64,000 nt of DNA. It comes from Antedon mediterranea. Taxonomy: Eukaryota; Animalia; Echinodermata. The stretch's first letter is position 1, and each line of letters starts with the position of its first letter. The translations under genes were made by a program, and so were the position numbers. The notes under the pieces are model-generated. The model was not told where the DNA came from. It searched no databases and saw only the letters and a list, made by a program, of their open reading frames with translations. Location of the stretch: the NCBI RefSeq assembly GCF_964355755.1, contig NC_092676.1, positions 29,902,871-29,966,870 of the forward strand. The letters are read 5' to 3'. This document shows positions 20,614 through 31,600 of this stretch, piece by piece.

Positions 20614-21418
20614 ATAATTATTCGCCGTGGCTAAAGATACGGTACCGTATTCTAACTTCTGTTTACTAAAGGTACGGTAAAATTGCATTACGTCATAGCC
20701 AACCAATGGGGTGCTGGTACGTGTGTGACGTCATAGTATAAGGACTTTGGATTTTTTTTCATATCGTGTCTCTGTTGTTTTGTGTAGAGAATTCCTATCG
20801 GCGGCGCCAGGCTGCGTGGGTGTGTGTGCGCTGCAGATGAGGGTTTTATTTTTATTCCAAATGGCCTATTTATGCCTATATTTTTTATTAAACTTTGTTT
20901 ACAATGGTGACCATAAACAACAAGCAAATGCAGACAATAAAGGGGCCCTCAAATACTATGATTTTGACAGTAGCCCCAGGCTAACGAGTCACAGAAATCA
21001 GCGCACACATGCAGCTGGCCCCAGCCTGGCATCGCTTTCCCTACACAAACAAACTCATATACTGTAATGAGGTTATAGTAGGCGTAGTAGGCCTAGCCTA
21101 GGCCTCTTTTGAAACGGTTTTCTGTATTCTAGAATTAAAATCAACATGTTTTGGCTTTTCAATAATAATAACAGACGTAGGCTACATTTAGTTTTTGTCA
21201 CACACGACGGCGATAATAGCGATAAATAAAGCATAAAGAAAAAATGCGGTTGATCACTGTTTTCGCGATATGAAAAAAATCCACAAAGTCCTTATACGAT
21301 GACGTCACACACGTCCCAGCACCCCATTGGCTGGTTATGACGTAATGCAATTTTACCGTACCTTTAGTAAACAGAAGTTAGAATACGGTACCGTATCTTT
21401 AGCCACGGCGATAATTAT
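20614..21418. mobile_element. MITE-like element with ~150 bp TIRs just upstream of the FoxH-like CDS
   Basis: cgccgtggctaaagatacggtaccgtattctaacttctgtttactaaaggtacggtaaaattgcattacgtcata.. mirrored at ~21265-21418. Confidence 0.85.
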
Positions 21419-22024
21419 TTTATGCGACTATTTTAATGACGGCATCCATACCTGGGCAAAGTACAATTTGTTACTAAAGCAGTGACTTGCAGCTCAATTA
21501 ATTGTGCGATATATGCCTAATAATTGCAACAGTAAAAGCTAGCACTAGATATGGTAACACTTGTGTGTGTATATATATATATATTTGACACAGTACAATA
21601 TAACAAATTAATTGCTGCTACAAGTAATTACCTATTAAGCCTACCTATATACGGAACATCAAACAGATCGGTTTGCTGGCTATCGTAATAATGACTGTTT
21701 ACGTTTGGTATCAATGGTTTAAAAGCAGACGACAGATATGCTGATTTGAATACATGTGATTTAGTCTAGTATGGTATGCTAATTAGCATATTTAGTTTAT
21801 GTTAACCAACATAATGAAACGTACAGATACCAATCGGGAATTTAAAGTGACGTAGTAATGAATTAAGTTATTTACCGTACTTACTGTTATAATCTTATTT
21901 ATTTAAATCTAAATTTAGTGTACTTAAGTCAATGTGAATAATAATATCAAAATTGTAGCATTATATTTGCGTATGCCTATAATTATATTATTAGTAATTA
22001 ATATTGTAAATATTTTAATTAATT

Positions 22025-25000
22025 CTAAAGTTCAATATGTCTTTTCATGTCAAAATACTGATTGTTGTTTTCGAATTGAATGCCAACATTCTCGGCAAAT
22101 TTCTTATCACTGTCACTGAAGTCATCAGGTCGACCAGCCGCATCGCCGACATAAACAGCGTTTTCTTTGTCGATTGTCTTGAATTGGTTTAAAGTACAGC
22201 TATAATAATCCCACATGCCCGTATCAGGTTTTCTATACTTGTTCTTAGTCGTGGCTGCTAACACGAACATTGGTACATCAAGGTCTGACGTGATCTTTTC
22301 CACTTTAGCCATCCACTCATCTTTATCTTGAGCACCAGATTCGATGCCGTTCTGGTTGCTCATAATCACATTATTAATGTTGTGATAGAGGTTGTCTTGT
22401 ATGATTGATTTGACATTTGGAGATGTGAAAACCCAGTCGTGTTCATTTTGAGGATATGGTTTACCACTTTTTGTCTTGATAATAGTGCCATCCAGGTCGA
22501 ATGAAGCCACCTGTTCATTTGAGTGAACTCCTTTTGTTTCATAATACAACAGTCCATCTGAACGTTCAATCCACCATCCTGATTGGTCACTGAGAGGCGG
22601 GAATTGTCTAGCAGTTCGGATACCAGACATCTGATAAACATCTTCAACCAAGTACGAAGCTACGCCATACCATTCGTCAGCAGAATTTGAAATCATCGAA
22701 CCAGTTCTAAAGAAGGCGGAAGAAACACCCGACTCTCTGGAGACAACTTTTTTTGTTGAGATGTAGTCGGTTACTGGCAAATTAAGTTCTGGTTCTTTAT
22801 AGATTAGTTCTCTTGCTGTGTCGTCAACGTAATTTAGAATAGAAACAAACTCAGGTTGACAGTTCAAAGTGAATCGGTTAGTTGAGCCAGGTTGCCTGCC
22901 GTTATCGCCGTTCCATTTACCGACCTTACTCCACAAGTCGTCTGGTGAAGCTTGTTTAAAGGACTGGCACCACACCATGTATACATACGGTGACGGTTCA
23001 TGTTTAGGTGTAGGTTCATTTGATGGAAGAGTTGCTTCTTTTCTGTTGAAAGAAGGATAGTCTTGGATACCACAGCCGTCAACAATTAAACCAAGTGTCG
23101 ATTTAGCTGCACTGTCGGCAATTTCACGTTCATCGAGGGCTTCACTGCAAATGAGAGAAAGTTTGATTATAATCGCTGATGTACCCTTTCCTGTCGGTAG
23201 CCAAATTACTTCAACCGTAGCCTTCATACACTTTGTGACAGACAACGCCAGTTCTTTTATAGCATCTTTAGGGGACATTGGTATGTTCTCATTAACCGAG
23301 ATTGATAATTCATTTCTTACTAGTAAATTTACGTGCTTAAGATGTTGGTAAATAAGCATGTGAGTAAGTTTCTCTGACATTGCGTAGAGCGTCGCCGCTG
23401 GGTTACCGTCGGTCTGAGTTGCAAATGCAGACGCGTCACACACCCTCAGGTTGGTAACGCCTCTTACTTGAAGAAACTCGTCTAAACACTCCGGCATTTT
23501 GCATGTTCCTACTGGATGCAAGGCTGAAACAAGCATACCTCTCATCCAAGCGTTTAGTTCGTCATCGGTGTCTACATCGAGCCCCGGTGCCACCTCATCC
23601 AACACCAAATCACGTAAACTTTTATGAACATTTTCCCCAAAAAACATGTTTCGAAGTATTCGAATTTGATCTCGAACTAACCGAGATACCTTTTCAAATG
23701 CGGGCGTTGTGTCGTCATTGAGAGTGTAGTTCCAGCCATACTCGAGACTAGGTTTGTCAAAGATGTTTGGTGTAGTAGCATTGAGTGAACCTCGATACTC
23801 CGGCCATTGGTCAATTATACGAATCGTACCTTCGTTTGAACCATCGTCGTTGTCGTCATTAACCGCCTGTGGAAATTCCCCCTCGTATAGATATTCTGTT
23901 TGCTCCGAATGAGAAGAGTCAGAGGTACATAGTGGGCCAACTTCGTCAAAAAGCTTCGAGTTGCCCATCACATACAGTTGTACGTCACTCATTTCCTCTG
24001 GTACACGAGTATTATTCGATCTGTAGTGGATAATCCAAGAAAACGGTCCATTAATGCTATCAAGATCCGCTGTTTTATAGATTTCTCCATCGATATTAAT
24101 TTCTGGTGCTTGAAAGTCGTTTGAATCGGATCTTAGTTTAAGGACATATGGTACCGAAATATGATCCCATAGATGTTGGCCTACATGTTCGTTGTCGGCA
24201 ACCTCTTCCACTCCAATTCTTCTTAGGAGATCCCTGGGCCCTACACCACTTACTTGCAATAAGTGTGGTGTATCAAACGAACCACCACTCACAATCACCT
24301 CTTTACTAGCACGTCGGGTACGGATTTTGTTCGATACTACGTCCAAGTATGCGACGCCAATTGCTTTACCGTTTTCAAACATAATTTTCGTTACAGTAGC
24401 AGATGTGTGGAGGTAGGGTTTATTTTGTTGATCCTTATAATAACCAGTGTAGCTGCTTCCACGACCAGTCTTCGAGGCCCGATTTTGTCTAGCTTCATCT
24501 GTAGGGACTTTGTTGTCCAGACGTAATTTGTACTGTTGGAAAACACTGCAGCTGACTCTGTTGTTCTCGGGACCATTGTAGTCTGCTGCGTATCCTTTCC
24601 ATGGTTTTGTTGTATCCTCACACAAGTATTGCATTTCAAACGGGAATTTTCTAAATGCTTCTTTGATTTGACTGTTGAGTTGCATTGGACCACCTTTACC
24701 ATGCCATTGTTCACACATGTCGCCAGTTATACCCGTTACTTCTTCTGAATCATAGTGACAGTAATGATCTTCTATCTTCTTGTAGTACTTCGAAAATTGG
24801 TCGTGTTTCCAGCCGTCTGGCCATAAGTTCAAAACCGCTGGACTTGCACGTCTAGCAATAGCGCCATATACGCGGGATGTTCCACCGCGTCCTCGAAATC
24901 GAGGGATATAGATGTGTCGGGCGTCTTTTTTCTTGTTGTAAGGCTTAGCATTCGGGTACGACTGCACGTTTGTACCTAAAGCTGGTTGTGTTAGCCAGAA

Positions 25001-25498
25001 TGGATCGTGAGGTGAGGTGAATTTGTAAGAATTGGTATACCATTCATCCATTCCACTTTCTTCTGGTCCTCGTTCAAAGACGCATATCTTCCAGTGAGGT
25101 ATTTCTGCCAACCGACCAGCTACAGCTAGACCTGCTGTGCCAGCACCGACAATTATAAAATCACACGAATCGTTGTCACTGAGATGCTCATCACCATAAC
25201 TATGGGTAGAAAACAACAAAATAATTGTAATTTGAATGTAATGCAATCAAGCTTTAATTCCAAGGAATGTTCATAAGCGCATTCAAATAAGTGTTTGAAT
25301 TAATCGAAAGTGGTGAGTGAATGTTCGACAAAGAGAAACTTTAAAAAGCGGATAGCAATGATTTGTTGAACATGTCGAGAAACAATTCAGGGGTTATATG
25401 GACATGGAAAATAATAAAGTACATTAATTACTGCATTCAACTTACGTAATTGCTATAAACACCAAGCCGATGAGGATGGGATGATACTTCCACATCAT
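22025..25498 (-). CDS. Secreted GMC oxidoreductase fused to a probable SRPBCC/START-like domain and a PNKP-type HAD 3'-phosphatase domain (~1075 aa, 2 coding exons: 25498-25446, 25199-22025)
   Basis: Signal peptide MMWKYHPILIGLVFIAITYG (phase-2 GT-AG splice); DFIIVGAGTAG (FAD GxGxxG), EVIVSGGSFDTPHLLQVSGVGP, VGQHLWDH, HPVGTCKM, VRGVTNLRVCDAS, DGNP; C-terminal FDLDGTIIKTKSG, SNQNGI, RKPDTGMW, YVGDAAGR, FSDSDKKFA. Confidence 0.88.
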
Positions 25499-26277
25499 TG
25501 TTGGCACTACCCTATAAGGTAAATGAAACCATTAAATATGTATTGTCCCCAAAAAAACATAAAAAATGAAGATTATTGAAATAGACTTTGAATACATGAG
25601 TAGGCCATTTCGCAGTTTTTATAAAGTTATTCACTTCTGTAGACATTTAAAAAATAATGTTTTCATTTATAAAAAAAACATTGGACTATTTTTTACTTTA
25701 ATTTACAGTTATTTAAGGTAAACATGTTTTTTCGATCCATTTTTTGGTCAATGTGAATAACTATATTATAATGGTATATTCAACAAAAACATTCTGAGGG
25801 TTAGGCCTCAATCAAACGTTCGGAGATGTTGGAGATGACAAAATAAATGTCTTTTAGATCACCTACTAAACTGCAGTTTTGTTTCAACAGTTGAGGCCCT
25901 AATTCCAACTAAGTAGACGAAGTAAGACACTTTTTGTGTTGTTGTTGCGGTGGATAATTAAGGTTGTAACAAAGAGTAGGCCTACAATTTATATCAGGAA
26001 GAGTTTTTCAGAATTCCCGGATTAATAATAATAATAACCAGACAATTTGATACGGCTCGGCCGAATAAGCGTCTATTGAGATCGTATCATTCATGCAAAC
26101 CATAAAGGAAACAAGGTAGATTTTAAGATAATTAAACACGCCTGCTGAGATCATTTAGGCATCCGGTTTGTATGTTTAATCATGAAGAAATATTATTTCT
26201 CCATGGTTTAATAAAGAATTTAAATCATCAACAACTTATGTATGTACGGATAGAAATCCGGTATTCGTTAAAATAAT

Positions 26278-27015
26278 AAGCAATTTTCTATAGTTCGCGT
26301 CAGTGACCGCTTTTATGTTTTTCTTGTAACAGGCACCATTTACTTATTTTGTTTTGTGCTATTCTTAGTAAAATATATAAAAATACTGAATTTCGTACTT
26401 GTACCTTTTATGGTAAATTTCTTCCATCGATTCCATGTACTCAAATGTAAAAAGCAATTTTCTATAGTCATTATTCGCGTCAGTGACTGTTTTTATGTTT
26501 TCCTGGTAACAGGCGTCGTTTATTTTGTTTTTATTATTATTTTATTACTCTACTATGAATTTCATACTTATATACCTAAAATGGTAAATTACCTCACGAC
26601 ATCCATGTACTCAAATGCACACAAATTAACGTAGGGCTGCTGTATATTTCTATCATGTTTATCTTTACGTTAAACCATCAATACGTACGTATAGCAACCA
26701 CTAAAATCTAGTCATTGTCAGATGAAGTCGAAACGTCGCACACGTACGTATTCATGAATGGTTTATACACCGAGATTAAAACATTTTTCGAAAACCTTTA
26801 TTTCGTTGGGTGGTTTGGAGAACAGCCATATGGTCTACCGAGCCGCACTAAAACCTAGCTAAATTTCGTATACCTCACGAAATTCCTTCCATTCATGTAC
26901 TCAAATGTTTAAAAATACCGTACGAAAGACTGCTGGACGGAAAAAGTAAAAAACTAACTATATTTCGTTCGACGGGTTCTGGAGAACAGTCGTGGTCTAC
27001 TGAGCCGCACTAAAT
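26278..27015. repeat. Degenerate ~170 bp direct-repeat modules upstream of the GMC gene
   Basis: aagcaattttctatagt..cgcgtcagtgac x2 (26278, 26453); catgtactcaaatg x3; ggagaacag..ggtctac.gagccgcactaaa x2. Confidence 0.65.
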
Positions 27016-28444
27016 CTTAAGCCATTTAATTATAATTATATAATTGCTACATAAAATATGACTTAATAACATAACACCTACTTTAACAGCAAATCGAAGA
27101 TTCTGTTATATTTACTTGGTTGACACTTTGCGCTAAACTAACTTTGTACCAATGTATAATTTTAATAAACACGGATTTTAGTCGCTTTGTCGACTCCGGT
27201 AGAGTTGTCAGGGAAAGTCGGCAGCAACACCCGAGTTGTCTCAACACTTCCACTGATCACATTCAACTGCGAGTTCTCGTTGCTTTGGAAATAATAACAT
27301 GGTGGGCGTGTCTAAGTGTTAACTTACGTGGAAGGCATACAGCCTATAGGCCCTAGTGTGTTAATATATTTTTCTTTATTATTAAGTATTTGACCCGTAT
27401 TTGACCCCGTCCTATTTCCAATTGATAGGCCTACACAGAAAAACGGTCGCTTAACTCAACACCATGATGTCCGTGCACAATACACGATAGACTAGTTGAT
27501 TAATTTACTTAGTTAATTGTTACTACTACAATCCCTACATCTCCCTACATAAAATCGTTTATTATTCTTTGATAAAATAATTAACCATATCAGCTTTACT
27601 ACATACCTAAAGAATACGGTTCCGTGAGTAAATTGCAGTAAACGCCCGGCTCATACCAGCCCGTTGCAATAAGACAAACAAACTAAACGGTAAGAATAAT
27701 TGTTCAACAAGTTATATGCGATCGCAGCCGTCACACTGGAATGATATGCAAATTTGACAAAAATGCTGATTTTAATTTGTGATTTCAACACACGTGGCAG
27801 ACGTACCTGACTCCTAACAATATCGATACCGTGTAAAATATTAATTTTAAATTTTAACAATTAACTCACCAAGTTAATGGACTTTGTATAGTCATTATCG
27901 ATGAAATCTATAAAATTGTAGGTTATTTTTTGACTTTTTGCCCTTTAGAATCGAATAAGCCTACTTGAAAGTTTATCAGAATCTTTTAGGATGATTCAGT
28001 TCAGACGGGATAGAATAGGAATATTCTTTTAGTTAGTTCAAGTTAAAATTAAAATACACAGTAAATGAAATTTGCCTTCCAAGGTTCAAATTACAATAAA
28101 AATAACAACAGTTCAAAACATACAATACTATACAATGGATAAGATAATATATAAGAAAATATGCTATGTATAAAACATTATGAACAGTATAAATATTAAA
28201 ATACTATTATAAAGAATAAAATTTATTTATTGAGTTAATAGACCATAATTGGAATTTTTAGCTTTTATAAATATAATATTACAAAATATATAGGCCTATA
28301 CAAAATATCTATCTTTTTACTAATATTAAGTCAAATCTCCGTCTCGAACCCAGACTAATTTCTTCCATGTAAAAACCAACCATATATGATGATTTACTAC
28401 TACAGTCTCAAGGGGGTAATTTGTAAACAAACACCATGTGCGAT

Positions 28445-28526
28445 TTTCGCGCAATTTTTCAGACAACCCGGCTAGATCGCGAGTTATGATTGGACAATGT
28501 TTTCATTTGTCAATTCAACAGCCAAT
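28445..28526 (+). promoter_or_regulatory. MSH2 proximal promoter: E2F-type site plus two CCAAT boxes
   Basis: TTTCGCGC 28445-28452, ATTGG 28489-28493, CCAAT 28522-28526, within 200 bp of the ATG. Confidence 0.55.
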
Positions 28527-28642
28527 CATATGTGTCGTTGTCTACACTATCGGATGCCAGTAGAGGAGTTTAGTAACAAGGTCCTGCTGCTGAAAAGTCG
28601 TTTTGTATAAATTTGTAAATAAAGTTTATTTTAAAGCTGAAA

Positions 28643-31600
28643 ATGGCGGTTCAACCAAATCAACAGTTAACGTTGGGTTCGTTCAATTCGCTATTAACAT
28701 TATAAAACTAGTCGTTAGTTATTTTTGCACCCAAAAGCTAGAGTAGGACTAGGCCTAGCCTACTAGTTAGGCCCTAGAGCCTAGCCTAGCTAGGCCACTA
28801 GACTACGTAGGTTGTTAGTGTTATGATGAGGTTGCTTCAGAGGAGCACACAGTGACAGGTAGCTGTCACTGTGTGCTGTGTGCTTGGTAATTTCGAGATA
28901 TTTTAGGATTGTGAGGCCTTTGCTTTGGTAATGTTATTTTGTTCAGTATTCATTACTGAATAAGGCCGCCTAGGCCTATATAGTATATAATATTCACTGA
29001 TATTTTATTAAAAATAAATTTATTCATTCATTCATGATGTTATTTTATTTTGACATTTTTAGATGGAGTTCAGGAAAGTGGCTTGTTGTCCTTTCTTCAT
29101 TCAATGCCGGAGGTGGGAAATTTTAATTTTTTTATTAACGTCTATCCAAATTACAATTTTTACAACTAGGCTACTAAGCTACTAATACTAACTATAACAC
29201 ATATTCTGAGATATGATTATAAAGTAAAATATTTTTTTTATACATTTCAGAAACCAGATACAACTTTTAGATTCTTTGACCGCACAGTAAGTACATTTAT
29301 TTCGTCAATTTGGTAATTAGTCTTCTTCATGTTGTCCATAATATTTATAAACAGAATGTCCTTTATTGTTGTGAACCGCATCAAATTATTAGTAACTATT
29401 CTATTCTTCATCATCCTGCCGTTTCTGTCATTTACGTTTGAAATCTTTTCATGTTCTCATGTTTTCATCCATAGGAATACTACACTGTTCATGGGAATGA
29501 TGCGGTATTTGCAGCGAAAGAAGTCTTCAAGACGTCAGGAGTTATTAAATATCTAGGATCTGGTATGGAGCATCTCCCTATGTTTACATTTTGATTAATG
29601 TCAAATATTTTATAAAATCTGTAATAGAAAATTGCTAAACAATGTGTAGAGTTATGCACTTGTCAATTGTATGACCTGCTATCCAACCCATGGGAGAGGT
29701 GCGTCATTTGTCTGTCATACCTTATCAATATGACGCACCCATGCGTAAAAAAAAAGTTACTTACCTTTAGGTGAGCATGACGCACCAATTTTGACATACT
29801 GTGACCATGTTATGGTGGGTGGTAAAGTGATGGACATTGTTTTTTGATTTGACATACCAAGTACAATACCATCAAGTTTTTTGACACACCCCTGAGTCAA
29901 TTATTATTTGAAAATGTCGCATCCATGACGCACATCTCCTGGGGGTCGTATGCATTATTTGTAACAAGTATTTCAGTACTCCTCACACTTATAAATAGAA
30001 CATTTATTGTAAATGAAAATCAAAATTTATAAGAAGAAAAAAACTTTTTTAAACAGGAGAAAGAAAGTTGGCATATGTGGTGTTAAGCAAAATGAACTTT
30101 GAATCCTTTGTGAAACATCTTCTACTGGTTCGGCAATATCGAGTTGAAGTTTATCAAAACAAGGCGACTGGAAAAGGCAATGACTGGGTGTTGGAATTTA
30201 AGGTATTGTCATGTCATGTAACCTATAATGGATCATCCATACAGTTCAAATGTAGCTTATAAACTGTAATTTTATATACATAATTTATTGACATTTTATT
30301 TATTGAATGTAACTGTTTTGTAACAACTTGCAGGGGTCGCCTGGCAACCTGACTCAATTTGAAGAGCTGCTATTTGGCAACAGTGATATGTCGACATCAC
30401 CAGGTGTAGTAGCAATTAAAATCGGAGGTCAAAGGGTACTGGGCGTTGGTTATGCAGATGCAACACTGCGAGAGATTGGCATCTGCGAGTTCCCAGATAA
30501 TGACCAGTTTTCTAACCTTGAGGTATGGTGTCCTGAAAAACAAGAAATATGTAAAAATATTCTGATGTTCAAATCAAGGTCTGTTATGTTACATAACTCA
30601 ATAGTCTATGGTATTGTACAACAAGATCATTTATTCCAATTTGTTTTCTTAATTTAGGCACTTTTGGTACAATTAAGCCCAAAAGAATGTTTATTAGAAA
30701 GTGTAAGCGGAGAAACTAACCCTGAAGCAGCTAAACTAAAACAGGTTATTATGAGAAGTAATATACTAGTTACCGAGCGGAAACGAACTGAGTTCAGTAC
30801 CAAAGATATTGTACAGGACTTAAACAGACTGCTTAAAAGTAAAGGTGATGAACAGATCAACAGTGCTGCCATGGGTAATTGTTATTACTTATTATGTACA
30901 GATCTTAATAGGCGTGTTCAAAATGTCATGATGACGTTTTGAACACGCCTGTTAAGGGAACACTTTCCCATAAAACTAACAAGTACCAATATATATTTTA
31001 ACACTAAAGCCCTGTCTACACTATCAAACTTTATGTGACCAAAAAAAATAGTTTGATAGTGTAGACAGAGCTTAAATCAGCCCACTTTCAGGGACACCCC
31101 TAATAAGGGGAAACTTTGTCGATTCCTCAAAGTGACACATCGCCTCTCATTCCATAATTATCAAATTCAAGAAAAAAAATTTTTTTTTTCAGTTGAAATG
31201 GAGCACAAACATGCAATGTCATCATTAGCAGCCTTAATTAAATACCTAGAGGTAAGTCTGTCCACACATGCACACATTTTCAAACCGAAACAAAGCAAGC
31301 TATTACCACCAATAGCCTCATACTGGAATGTTGCACTTGCAATTCCCAAATTCAAGAAATTTTAAAACATTCGTATGACAATAATTGTTATTATTTTTCT
31401 TTGCCAATGTAGTTTCTTGGTGATGAAACAAACTTTGGACAATTTAAGCTTCAGACATTTGACCTGAGTCAGTACTTAAAGCTTGATGCTGCTGCAGTAC
31501 GAGCACTTAACCTGTTTCCATCTCCAACTGATGGTTTGTACAACTGTTATTTATTTTTTGACTAGACTGTTTTGAGATGATCTACAGTAGCTCCCCTGAC

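Noticed and set aside
19129-24748. Short antisense or alternate-frame ORFs overlapping the Fox and GMC genes
   Set aside because: Shadows of long real ORFs with no motifs
22025-25199. Bacterial contamination as explanation for the long intronless ORF
   Set aside because: It has a spliceosomal leader intron, flanks carry the same repeat families as the rest of the window, and the phosphatase domain is PNKP-like
25200-25246. Apparent signal peptide MHYIQITIILLFSTHS from the ORF track
   Set aside because: TTG start after an in-frame stop; the sequence is an intron 3' end, and a better ATG exon splices in frame
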